Notes under the pieces: model-generated | What the model saw: the letters and a program-made list of their open reading frames with translations, nothing else | What the model was told of the DNA's origin: nothing | Database searches by the model: none | Assembly: GCF_001194135.2 (NCBI RefSeq) | Contig: NC_068984.1 | Coordinates: 90,212,516 to 90,245,102, forward strand | Length of the DNA stretch: 32,587 nt | Source of the DNA: Octopus bimaculoides | Lineage: Eukaryota | Direction: 5' to 3' | Made by a program: the position numbers and the translations under genes | Shown: piece after piece, positions 1-11,748 of the stretch | How positions within the stretch are numbered: position 1 is the stretch's first letter | Layout: each line of letters begins with the position of its first letter

Positions 1-125
1 CACTCACAAGGGTTTGGTCGGCCCGAGACCATAGTAGAAGACACTTGCCCGAGGTGCCACGCAGTGGGACTGAACATATGGTTGGTAAGCAAGCTACTTA
101 CCACACAGCCATTCCTGCGCCTATA
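1..125 (-). mobile_element. tRNA-derived SINE, family A, 5' part (continues beyond the window start)
   Basis: Minus strand reads GGCGCAGGAATGGCTGTGTGGTAAG...GTTCAGTCCCACTGCGTGGCACCTCGGGCAAGTG, with A-box-like TGGCTGTGTGG and B-box-like GTTCAGTCC. The TTTGGTCGGCCC segment recurs at ~17367 and ~25932, and inverted at ~24708. Confidence 0.9.
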
Positions 126-199
126 AATATCTTCTTTGAACATTTCAAATGTAATGAAAGAGCTGCTATATACATGAAAAAGATAGCAACTGTTAGTGA

Positions 200-2330
200 T
201 TAGTATCGAAGTGCTGTGGACTGGCAGACTAGTACTGTTTGTTTCAGATCACTGCGTTTTGATTTCATTCACTGCCTCCATTTTGTAATTATCTATCTTT
301 TCACCCTTTGTTCCCTATTTGTTGCCCTCCTTCAAGACAAGACACAGATGTCTTCTTCATGTTTTCTAGCTATTTGTGTAAGTTATCCAATGATTTTTAA
401 TAGATATTTTTCCATTATTATCTTTCTTGTTGAATAGGGCCTCAACCACTCTGAATCCATGATGAATATAATAACCTTGCATTAGTTTGTGTGATGTATT
501 CTAAACTCAATGGTTATTGTTCTTATTTTTTCTTGTCTAGTTCGCTGGCTCATCCATCATTCTACTGAGAATATTTTAAGTATGATGAATTACTAGGACC
601 GCTAAATATTGATGTCTATAACTTTACCTTTTGCCCGTGGCTCTGTTTTCTGTATTAACCTAATGCATCTATAATATTCCTTTCCAAAATTTTGATATAT
701 TTATACGTAATATGCGTCGAACTCTCTGATTCTTAAGTATTTGTAAATCACATTTTGTCATAATTTCGCTCTGCCTTTATTTCTTTATCATGATATATTT
801 ACTGATCATCAGGTTTTCGCGAATTCCCTGACATATTTTTAGAATCATGAACTTCATAGCAATTCTTACAAATTTTGTTTCTAGTTGTTTAATATTCCAT
901 CGAAATCTTGAAGACATTCACATCAAAAGTTGGTTGACTGTCTTACCATATCATTAATGTTTCCATCCAGCTTGGTTTAAACGTTGTTGCGACAGGCGTA
1001 ATTGAAGTGGAAGATAGACAAACAAACTGAAAGGCAGAGAAGTTTCCGAAAAATATACATATTTTAATGAAGATGAGGTTAGTTTGTATAATCATGGATC
1101 CACAGAAATGTTTGTTATTTATTCATGTCTTTGTATTATTGGCTCATCATCACTCGAGGATAATGTTTCCATGATGCAGTGAGCGAAACACCATGAGATG
1201 TTTTTTATAACCAATCGATTTCAAGTTCAAGCTCTTCTTTCCCCTTTTACAGGATTTACTTATGACTGTTTTGATCTATTATTGCTTTTGACAACGTTAT
1301 GAACATTTGTAACAATCCTCTTACTCTTTTATATACAGCTTGATTGTTTGAGAAATTCTAGTTGAATTGCGACGTTTTATCTATCTTAAAGTCTTCCCTT
1401 CTATCGGCCAGTCTACTATTATATCTCCAACTCCGTCAGTATTTCATGAAATACTTCTGTTAGCACTTTAGTTGTTACTGTTTTAAGATCATATGTCCTA
1501 GTGCCTTCCAGCTGTTTGTGTTTTGCAGCCTCTGAACCATTTCTTGTGTTACATCCTTCTTCATATGTTAAGATACTGTGTTAATTGTTTTGAGAAATCT
1601 TGTTCGTAGTGATTCCTTAACTGACTATCTCTCCCTACCCCACATGAATTCTTCTCTTGATGTTAGTCCAGTCCTTTATTGATTTCTACACTTTTTTATT
1701 TTCCCTTAAATGTTGATAACATTGTTTGGAAATGAAGTTGAACAGTTTGTTTTGTTCAAAGAGACGAGGCTGCTTTTCGTAGCAACGGATTTATTTATTT
1801 TAATATTTTTGCTTCGAGTTAGTGACGATGTCTTGCATTAGACGTTCTTTGATTCCTGATAGTTTTTGTTTGTTTTTGTCACTGCATGTTTTTATAGTAC
1901 TTTTAGCAATGTATATTTCTGTACCATGTCTCTCCATTTTTCGCTGTTGTGTCGTTTTTACTATAGATTTTATTAAAGACTGAGCAATGTTTTCTCTTAT
2001 TTTTTTATCTTTTCGGTTGTTATAGTTTATGCACAACACAGCGTGAATCAGAAGGACTGAAACGGATTTAAATATTAGTAAAATTGGTTGTGAAAGAAAT
2101 AATAATGTAAACGCAATCCTTCCGTGGTTTTGATGTACGGAATCAAGAGTGGGAAGTCTCCTAACAAACCACTTCAAGGTTTCCTAACCACTCCTCGAAC
2201 AAAATGTGTTCTGAGTCATTATTGGGGAAGGAAACTTCCTTCCCCAATAATGACTCAGAACATCCAGCTGCAACAAAAAGTAATCATTATATCACTTGAC
2301 AATAAACTTACCCAGAACAATCAACGTAGT
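200..2330 (-). pseudogene. Heavily decayed R4/Dong-type non-LTR retrotransposon (N-terminal region plus RT remnant)
   Basis: Manual minus-strand translation across frameshifts gives FEQNKLF (~1735-1760), SWKALG (1496-1516, like the SWKAPG motif), a WIDYKKAFDSVPHSWI-like DNA match (1161-1220), a GIFQGDSLSP-like remnant (~1020-1060) and VNQLL (~940-960). The order matches the R4 ORF at 3850-7236. ORF 1800..2177 is part of it. Confidence 0.6.
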
Positions 2331-2356
2331 AGTTAGACAGAAAACACTACGACTAT

Positions 2357-2459
2357 TGCTGTTGCTACTGCTGCTGCTGCTACTACTACTACTACTACTA
2401 TACTACTACTACGACTACTACTACTACTAATAATAATGATAATAATAATAATAATAGTA

Positions 2460-2504
<45 letters not shown>
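2357..2504. repeat. Compound trinucleotide microsatellite (GCT)(ACT)(AAT)(TTA)
   Basis: Read directly; includes a (TAA)n to (TTA)n polarity switch near 2459. Confidence 0.97.
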
Positions 2505-2507
<3 letters not shown>

Positions 2508-2980
2508 TAGTTTTATTTTTATAACGTGCTTTCACTTCACTACTGAGCGCAGCTCTGTGTGCCTTGGGTATGTGCTGTGGTTTGCTGTGATGCTCTTATG
2601 GTTACTGTATTGAAAGTGTTTTGCGTAGGATGTGTGCAGTGCCCAGTAGTGCAATTTTCTGTATGTTATATATATTTGTAAGTCCTGGTGTTTTTCTTAT
2701 GTATTTGTCTGAATATTTTTTTATTATACCTAAGGCACCTACTATGATAGGAATTGTTCCTGTTTTTAGATTCCACATTCGAGTTGCCTCTATTTCCAGG
2801 TCTTTGTATTTTGAAAGTTTTTCCATTTTTTTTAGAGAAACGTTGTCATCTGCTGGTATTGATACATCAATTAGAAAGCATTCTTTTCCTTCATGATCTT
2901 TGACAACTATATCTGGTCTAATGGCCAAGATTTCTCTATGTGTGTGTATTGGCATATCCCAGAGTATGGTTGCTTTCTCG

Positions 2981-2982
<2 letters not shown>
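2505..2982 (-). mobile_element. 5'-truncated R4/Dong-type non-LTR copy: restriction-like endonuclease C-terminus plus 3' UTR
   Basis: ORF 2602..2955 extends upstream to ILWDMPIHT and reads ...RPDIVVKD...LIDVSIP...KLSKYKDLEIE...IPIIVGALG...LLGTAHILRKTL, the PD-(D/E)xK RLE signature. About 95 bp of 3' UTR follow, then (TAA)n on the element strand. Confidence 0.9.

Positions 2983-3033
<51 letters not shown>
2983..3033. repeat. (TTA)n microsatellite between two R4/Dong fragments
   Basis: Read directly. Confidence 0.98.
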
Positions 3034-3679
3034 GCTTGACTTTTGCTTTGCATTTGTACAAGTTGGATCCAAGTCTCACTCAGAGACCTCAGGAAACAAG
3101 TTAGAAGTTCATGTTGGTGTTATGCCTAGGGTGTCATATATTTGGTTTTGTACATAGTATTGTTCTAGAGAATGTTTAAGAAAACAAGAAAATTATGAGT
3201 TTGTTTTAAAATTTGAGATTACACAGACAGTATTTTACGTAGGATATTGATAGTTCCCATGAGCACTATCTTCTGAATTTCTGCCATTTTGGGGTTTCCT
3301 GTTATCTGAGCTAGGTAACAATCAGTCCCTTTTGCTATCATTCCTAGGGCACCTATGACAACAGGTATTGTTTTAGTCTTGAGGTTACACATTTTGCCAA
3401 TTTCTATTTCAAGATCTTTATACTTGCTCAGTTTTTGGTAGGTCTTGACAGATATATTTCTATCGATTGGGGCAGTGATATCAATAAGGAGGCATGATTT
3501 TTGTTTGAAGTCTTTCAATATAATGTTTGACCTATTTGCATCTATCGTTCGGTCAGTTTGAATGGTGAAGTTCCAGAGGAGTGAGATGTGATCATTTTCA
3601 AGCACTGGAGGTGGTTTGTGTTTCCACCAGTTTTTATCATGAGGCAGGTCCAGGTTTTTTGCAAATTACCCAGTGAATA

Positions 3680-3680
<1 letters not shown>
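3034..3680 (-). mobile_element. Second 5'-truncated R4/Dong-type copy (different subfamily): RLE domain plus 3' UTR
   Basis: IHWVIC...WWKHKPPPVLENDHISLLWNFTIQTDRTIDANRSNIILKD...LLIDITAP...KYKDLEIEI...IPVVIGALG (ORF 3219..3605 plus upstream). The 3' UTR differs from that of the 2505-2982 copy. Both ends are bounded by (TAA)n. Confidence 0.9.

Positions 3681-3730
<50 letters not shown>
3681..3730. repeat. (ATT)n microsatellite
   Basis: Read directly. Confidence 0.98.
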
Positions 3731-3731
<1 letters not shown>

Positions 3732-3849
3732 CAGAGTGATGGTGTCACGATAAAAATACTGGTGATTGTACAACCTTACAAACGCTACTAATAATGTCAA
3801 AATTAAATAATAACCACAACTGCGCTAATGGGACTGGAATTGTTAACAT

Positions 3850-6800
3850 TGAATAATGTCGCGCATGGAAGGCGGAGAGTATCTGATCAAACTCCAGTAG
3901 ATCGTCATCAAGCAATTGATCAGGACTAAAATTGCAGTCAAAAGGACAACAAAAAAAGAATGAAATGGGGAAAAGATTTAAACAGATAGTAATAGAATGT
4001 TGGCTGAGAGGTGATCCAAATAAAAGAGGCTTCATGAATCGAATGAAGAGAATATGGGATGAAAAAGGAAGTTTTAAAGCATCCATTCAGCGACTGATAG
4101 ACCAAGTAAGAGCAATCTGTAGAACGACTGAATTACAGTAGTAGAATTTTTTTTAAAAAGAGCAGAAGAAGAGTGAAGCAGCAGTAGCAGAAAGCGGTAA
4201 TGAAAAGATTAGAGATGAAGAACATGAAACAGATGGAAACGGCAGAGTACCAGAGAATACTGATAAAGTAACTAATGAAGACGATCTAGATGGTCAAGTG
4301 GCAGTATTTCACATGACTTAAATGACGAAGAGAAGGAGATTTTAGAAATGTTGATGGTAACAATGCAGTATCTCCAGATGTGAGATATATGGACAGAAAA
4401 CAAGTGAGGAAAGTTACCGGCAAAGTAAGTGACATTTTAACCTTGATTAAAACAGAAAACATCAGTGAAACAAACCAGTTGATCATGGCTGCTGCAAATG
4501 TCGCAACTAACATAGTAGGCTACAAGAGAAAAGCTGAAAATGTAAAAGCAAATGAAAAGAAAGAACCAAACTGGAGAAAGAGAATACGAATGAAGTTGGA
4601 AAAGACACGGAAAGAACTGAGGCAATTGAATAGGATAATGAGAGGAGAGCTCGGGAATAAGGTAATAATCAGAAAATTGGATGGACAGTACAGGTTAGAA
4701 GAAATGAAAAAACAAACAATGAATGAATAATTGATGTGATAGAATTAAAGGTGACAGCATTAAAGGCCAAACTGAAAAGATAAGATTCAAGATGCAAAGG
4801 TTTCGAACAGAATAGACTGTTCCAATCAAACAGACGGCATCTATTTGAGGGAATAGAAGGAGCCCAACACCAGGAACTGATTCCAGATGCAGAAGAATGT
4901 AAAGAATTTGGGGGGAAGGCTGTGGAACAGGCCGGCGAGAAAACGCGGAGGGGCTTACAAAGGTGGAAAGACAATTTGCAACTGAACCAAGATGAAAGGA
5001 CATCAGAATTAATCTATATACAGTGAGACAGAAGTTTTAAAAAATAGCAAATTGCGAAGAATGGAGTACAAGGCTGAAGAGCTTTACACAGTTGCATGAA
5101 AGGATCGCTGCGCAACTGGATAACTACCTGCAGCAGGGTCACGTCCCTGTCTGGACAACATGTGGACGAATGCTACTATGCTTCACAGATCCCTTAAAAG
5201 GGAAGTTGGCATCAAATTTTCGACCTATAAACTGTTTACCACTAATGTGGAAGTTTATGACCGTATCTTGTAGGAGGAGTTATACAACTATCTGGAAAGT
5301 AACAATCTACTCGTAGAAGAACAGAAAAGATGCAGGAAACAAAGTAGGGCAACAAAAGATCAGTTGTCGGTTCATAAAATGATAATTAGAAATAGTAGAC
5401 GCAGATTAGCGGGACTGAATATAGCATGGCTAGATTACAAAAAGCATATGTGATAGTACCACACAGTTGGATAAGTAAAACAATGAGCATATTTAGAATA
5501 GCAAAAAAAAAACATGAAGAAAATGCTTAATGAAAGTATGAAACATTGGAATACTAAATTGATCAGAGGAAAACAAAAACTCGGAAAAATGAACTTCAGA
5601 TCTGGACTATTCCAACATGATAGCTTATCTCCATTACAATTCGTATCGGTCATGATATCGTTCACTATGATACTAAGAAAAGTTAAAATTGCTTATGATT
5701 TTGGAAAAGGAAATGGTCAAATAAATCATCCCCTTTTCATAGATGATATAACGGTTTATGCGAAAAATGAGAAACAGCTTAAAAGTCGTGTACATACTAT
5801 CTGTTTTTTCTCAAATGACGTAGGTATGGAACTTGAGATAAAAAATGTGCGCTATATTGAAGATGAGAAGAGGAAGATTTGAAAGATGCCAGGGAACTGA
5901 AATACCAAATGGGCAAACAATGAGAACGTTTGAGAAAGGACAGTCGTACAAGTACTTGGGAATACTGGAAGGAGACGAGATTAAAAAAATGGAGAAATGA
6001 GACAATTACCAATAGAGAGTACTCAGGGAGAGTCCGAAAATCATTGCAGTCAAAGCTGAAATCCAAAAATCTTATTGAAGCAATAAATTCAAGAGCAGTA
6101 CCCTTAATCAGATATGGAGTTGGAATTATAGACTGGAACAGAAACGATATAAACAAACTTGACAGAAAAACTAGGAAGTTGTTAACTGTGCATGGAGCCC
6201 ACCATCTGAAAGTTGATATCAACCGACTGTACTTGAGGAGAGACCAGGGTGGAAGTGGCTTAATAGCAGTAGAAGAATGTGTACACACGGAAAAAAGTAT
6301 AGTTTAGTTTTTACAGAGTAGCACAGAAAAACTACTAAAGGCAGTTAATAAAGAACAGGTGATGAAGCGCGTAACAGGAGAAAAGGACAGGAATGAAATG
6401 CAAAGAGAGCACGTCATCGAAGAGAAACCTCTCCATGGCCAGTTTTGGAGATCCACTAAAGATGTAAGTGGAACAAAATCCTGGGCTTGATTAAAAAAGG
6501 GGAGGTTTTTTTTTAAAAAAGGTAAGAGCTTAACTGTAGCAGCCCAAGATTAAGCGATAAAAACTAACAAGTTGAGAAAAAATATATATGGAGAGAATGT
6601 GTCAGAAAAATGTAGAGCCTGTAGAATTTGGAACGAGACAGCAGCACACAGTGGCACAGGAAGGATATAAGAAATGGAGGCACGACCAGGCTGACAAATT
6701 TATACACTGGAAACTGTCCCAGAAATAGGGATTGAAGCTGGAAACACATGGTACAATCATCGAATCGAAAGAATACTAGAGTCGGAGAAATGTAAGATTT

Positions 6801-7236
6801 TGTGAGAATTTCCTATTCAAACGAACAAGAAATTAGAAAATAATAGATCAGGCGTAACGATCATAGATAAGGAAAAGCGAAGTTACTTATCGATCCATCA
6901 TGCCCGTTTGATTCCAGGATCGTAAAGAAACAGCAAGAAAATCGAAAAAAAATACAGTCCCTTAAAATTTGAAATAGGAAGAATTTAGAGCATGCGAATA
7001 GTAAAGCGTTGGGAACAGTAAGCAAAGATATAGACAAATGGCTGAAGAATATTGAAATAGAATTCCCGGTAGAGCTCCTACAGATAGTTTGTCTCTTAAG
7101 GGCAGCAAAGATTATCAGGAAGGCTCCATGCACATGAAAGACTGCAGAAAAATTGTGGGTACCTAAGGTTACAGGCAGTAAACATAATTCCTACTAGGAA
7201 AAAAACCGAACCTGTGCCAAACTAAAATAATATAAT
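3850..7236 (+). pseudogene. Near full-length decayed R4/Dong-type non-LTR retrotransposon (single ORF: N-terminal domain, RT, zinc knuckle, RLE)
   Basis: ORF fragments occur in the expected order: IECWLRGDPNKRGFMNRMKRIWDEKG...QRLIDQVRAI (3932); EPNWRKRI (4380); SNFRPINCLPLMWK (5092); FQHDSLSPLQF and HPLFIDDITVYAK (5514; QGDSLSP and YxDD equivalents); AINSRAVPLIRYGVGII...LDRKTRKLLT...RLYLRRDQGGSGL (5930); KPLHGQF (~6424); CRAC..ET..H (~6610); an RLE remnant (6790-7135). It ends in AAATAATATAAT. Many stops and frameshifts. Confidence 0.92.
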
Positions 7237-9880
7237 TTCTTTTATTAACGACATGAGCATAGGTGAAGAAGAACAGACAACAATTTGTGTGGGTATTTAC
7301 ATAAAGGTTGAGAAGAAAAAAATGAAAAAGCCATAAAAGTATACATAGTATACAAAATATAACATAAATGATACAGTCCTCCTGATACAGGAGAAACTCC
7401 AACAAGAGCTAATCAAGATACACTAGAGATCTAGGATTACCCTGACCATCAAAGGTACGATCCCTCTCTCATGCTCTACAATATACAGGCACATACATAG
7501 AATAGGGCAATTCACTCTAAATTCTTTTGCCAGTCACCCATCTTTCACAAATTCACTGGGAGGTAGCACATCCCTCTCCACCCTCCCTTTCCTTTCCGAG
7601 TAGGACTTAAGAAATTCGATGAGAGCTTGACCGAAGAGAAAGGTGTTTCTTATCAATCCTTTCAGCATTACCCACCACACAACCTCTTTCGCCATGGTCA
7701 TTAGACAGAGGAACACCGCCTGCTCTAAATTGTTAAAGGTGGGTGGTGGGGCAATACTTATTATGGATTCGGCCGATAGTCCGGTTTGTCTCACATGCGC
7801 TAACAGCTGTTCAACATAACTCCACATGTTATCAATACTCGGACACTGCACAAGTGCATGCAGAATGGTTTCATCGTTCTGCACACATCTCGGACAGTCC
7901 CGGCTGACAGAGCTTCCGTGCCTGTAGACTCTACCTCGAATTGTCGTTACTCCTCGGTAAACACTGCCAGACCAGGGATTTCTGGAAGTTTATCCATGGT
8001 AGTAGCGGGCCCAAAAATCCTCCGTAATAGACCAGCTCGTTCATCCTCATCGACGCCTAGAGTTTCACTGAGAACGTCATCGCTCTTAGCCACCACTAGA
8101 TTTCTATGTATTATTACCGTAGAATTTCCACCGATCATATTGCCCGACTGGCAGAGAGCAGTGAGCGCCTGACAACGTTCTAGATACCAGGTGCCCAATC
8201 TTGGTCTTTTCTTGACCAAGGATTGCAGCTCCATCAAAGATGTCCAGGAAAATCTTAAGAGACGTAGCCGCAGCGCGTGTCTGCGCATTGGCAACCATGG
8301 AATGCCAAACCTGCCATCCAGAGAGCACTGGCAACGGATGGACCGCTTGACCAGTGGGACGCGTCCTTTCAAGAGAAAGCTGAAAGTGTACTAGGGCAAG
8401 GTACAACGGTCAGCGGTAATTTGTTGAAGAGGTAGTGTGTGCATTCACCACCTCTGCTCGACGACTTTTCAGGGATAATATCCTCTCGGTCCATTTCTGA
8501 GTGAGACTAAACACTGCTCGTAACTTCATCCCTGTTCTTGTCCTCCAGAATTTTGTTGATCCGTCTGTCCATCGACCCACTATGCTGTTCGTTGGCATAG
8601 TCATGCCTCTCCAGTTGCCGAGCCGCAGGGCTACCGACTGCTAGCGCTTCGTATTCCATGAAAATGGAATCGACCACCTGAACTTCCACGCTGTCGGACA
8701 CCATGAGCCTAATGTCATCCGCATATGCCGACACAGGTCTCCTGCATCCCAGTTCGAAGGGGATATCCCTCGAGGGTTCTAGCTTCCACAGCAAAGGCTC
8801 GAGCTCCAGATAGTGTAGAAGTGATGAGAGAGGATAACCCTGACTGATCGAGATATGAAACGGATCTGAAAGGTGGTTGTTTACTTTTACCACTGAGCAA
8901 ACGCCAGTGCACCCTGCTGCAATCCAGCCACTGAAAACGGGGCCAAGGTCTATAAAATCCTCTGTATTGGCGTCCTTTCTCAGAAAAATTAACACACCTC
9001 GGCTCACAGACCTGGGAATTCTCTCCTTTGGCTGCCAGAAGTGATAGAGGTTTGCCAAGAGGTCACCAAGCTGCTCTGGCATATAACAATAAAATTCGTA
9101 GTGCAGACCATCCAAACCGGGCGATTTGTCTCTTGCGCAATAGTTTTTATAATTCAGTTGCTATTATTGGCCTTTCACAGCGCCACGCCACTTCTTCCGA
9201 AAGTTGCAGCAGACTATCGAGGAGGTACTAAAGTCCATAATTTTCTGTGACCTATCGTTTTCTCTGAAGAATTGTGCAAAGTGTTTCTGGAAGGTTGCAC
9301 ACGTTCGCTTGGAGCCTCGCATTACGCGGCCATCCTATCAAAGACTGAATTGTAGTTTTGTTTCCACGTCGCGCCTCCACCACCAAGCTCATCAGACGGT
9401 TTTTATTCCTTCTTGTTTTAGTGCACGAGCTCTAGTCCGACAATGCGGCCTTCATGTTTCGCATTGAAGAAACGGTCGAGGGCCATTCTTGCTACAGCAC
9501 GTTGGCCGTGACGCCTCTTCTAATTGCCTTTTCTAGTTTACAAAGTATCGCTTCCTCTAATTTATTTCTCTCTATCAGTTGCTCTTTATTAAATGCTATT
9601 GACTCATATTTAATTGCTCCCTTCAGGATTCCCTAACACCTGTTATTGACTATTGCCCCCGTCAGATGTCTCTTAAGTAATTCGCTAACCAGGTCTCTGT
9701 AGTTTTCGCTCCGGGAAAGACACATTCAACTTCCAGTAGGCGGGACCTGTCTATGAGTCTTATCTAAGGCGACTGTGAAGATCACAAGTATGTAATCTGT
9801 GTAGCCCACCAATTTGAACTGTGAAAACCCAAGTATCTTTGTCAGTTAACCTAAAGAATCCTCTAAGTACGTTGTTTTTA
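7233..9880 (-). pseudogene. Decayed 5'-truncated Tx1/L1-clade non-LTR retrotransposon ORF2 (APE C-terminus, RT, zf-RVT) plus 3' UTR
   Basis: Minus strand gives GYTDY and GPAYWKLNVS (APE C-terminus and linker, ~9730-9830), SQGYPLSSLL...LEPLL and SAYADDI (ORF 8507..9115), and ETILHALVQCP...W (ORF 7534..7884, zf-RVT type). The 3' UTR ends with AATAAA (plus-strand TTTATT 7241-7246). Confidence 0.88.
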
Positions 9881-10365
9881 TAAGCACTCTCTCTTTGGGG
9901 ATGAATTTTTAAAATTCTTTCCATTCTGTTGTTATTTCGGCTTTGTGATGTTTTTATGCACTCCATTAACTCCTTGTTGCTTTGTTTATCACGGTTAAAA
10001 TGACTTTTTTCTACTTGAGTGTTTCGTTGTATTCGCTGTTCTTTCTTTGTTTTTGTTTTTTGTTTTTTTTTAATGCGTTTATTGTTGCTGTGTTTGTGTG
10101 TTTTCTAATTGTTGCTGTTTGTGTTTTCTTGTTGTAGGAGATTATTTGGTCGTAGTAAAGATGGTTTAGGGTTTTGTTGTTTTCTTGTTTTTGTGTTGTT
10201 TTGGTGCATGTGCTGGTGTGTAACAATTTGAGGTGTTTTGATAGGTGTCGTCTACGTTTGTGGTTTTTGGGTGGAGTTATGGCGTTTTGGATTCCACTAT
10301 CCACTGTTTTTTCTTCGTTATTTGAGAATTATTCAGCCGAGAAAGATGAGCCAGCTTGTGTGTGC

Positions 10366-10366
<1 letters not shown>

Positions 10367-10436
<70 letters not shown>

Positions 10437-10477
10437 TGTGTGTGTTAGTGTGTTTGTGTGTGTGCGTGCGTGCGCGC
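10367..10477. repeat. (GT)n/(GC)n microsatellite
   Basis: Read directly; source of the CVCVCV ORFs. Confidence 0.97.
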
Positions 10478-11155
10478 GATCATGTTTGAAGTTCCTGATG
10501 CGAGTGTTACAATAAGTAGTAGCAACGGTGGTGATGGTAGCGGTGGTACAGCTGCAGATGCTGTTGCACCACCACTACCTACTGGGCTGATTGTTCTTGG
10601 TAAGTTTATTATTGATTTTCGCCGACTAGGGCTTTATTATCGCTTCTTTTATTGTGCAATTTTTGCTAGCAGGAAGAAAGGTAGTCAGTTCTTGTTACGC
10701 CTTCCCACCTCCGAAATTTCTTTCAGAATGTATTTTTTGTCAAAAATATGGCTTCATTGAAAATTACCTAACAGGTGAGGTGATAAAAAGGTAAATGAGA
10801 TGCTAAAGAACAGCCCCTTCACTGGGTGAATAGAGATGTACCAACGGTTAACGAATAGCAGCCTCAGAATCACGTGCCATAAAACTACAATCACTAACAC
10901 GACAAACACCATCGACAAGAATGTCACCACGAATATCGCCGCCGACACGACACTCCCCGATGATCCTGAGTAACAAACACGTCTCCGGTATCAGAAATTG
11001 TTACAAAATAGATTAAGCAATAAATTAAAATAAAGGAACAGGAAACAACAACAATAAAAAGCTCTTCAATCGCAACAGATATGAACTTTTAGATTGCGCT
11101 CTTTGTGGAATTCAAGTAATATTATCAACAATATACTGGCGTATGTTTATAGGTG

Positions 11156-11157
11156 TG

Positions 11158-11189
<32 letters not shown>

Positions 11190-11340
11190 TGTATGTATGT
11201 ATGTATGTATGTATGGATGTATGTAGGTAGGTAGGTAGGTAGGTAGGTAGGTAGGTAGGTAGGTAGGTAGGTAGGTATGTTGATAGGTGGTAGGTACGTA
11301 CGTATGCGCGTAGGTATGTACATACGTAGGTGTGTATGCA
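11156..11340. repeat. Compound tetranucleotide microsatellite (ATGT)n(AGGT)n
   Basis: Read directly. Confidence 0.97.
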
Positions 11341-11668
11341 CCAACTTCTTAACACAGAAAACTTTGTCATAAGAACCTTATTTCTTATCGTCCTGGATAT
11401 AAAATTCCAAAACGCAATTCCGACACGAAAGCGATCCACCTTTATTATTACACAGATGTTACCCTTATGTATACAGCGTTCTTTGTCGATGATTTGTTAG
11501 CGAGAGATCATTACAACTTCATTGCGTCATAAATAATTGTATTTGCGTCATCGTCAGTAATATTCTTGCTTAAAAATAATGAATTTGTACTCTATGAAAG
11601 TATAGACTAACCCATCAGATTAATGCAAAATCGTTCTTACTATAACTGAACATAAAAACAAATATTAA

Positions 11669-11748
11669 CGTGTGTGTGTCCGCGTGCGTGTGTGTGTGCG
11701 CGCGAGTGGGCGTGTGGGCGTGGGCGTGTGTGCGTGTGTGTGTGTGTG
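11669..11748. repeat. (GT)/(GC) microsatellite
   Basis: Read directly. Confidence 0.93.

Noticed and set aside
10174-10515. ORFs rich in CV, HT, YI, LS or LPTY (also 11125, 16561, 18724-19549, 24422-24844, 25943-26338)
   Set aside because: They are translations of di- and tetranucleotide microsatellites, not proteins.
10754-10970. Apparent transmembrane exon on the minus strand (GSSGSVVSAAIFVVTFLSMVFVVLVIVVLW) after a TTACTCAG acceptor
   Set aside because: The hydrophobicity follows from an AC-rich plus strand, there is no convincing donor site, and the region follows the 23-bp motif that suggests a plus-strand retroelement 5' stub. Would need RNA-seq.
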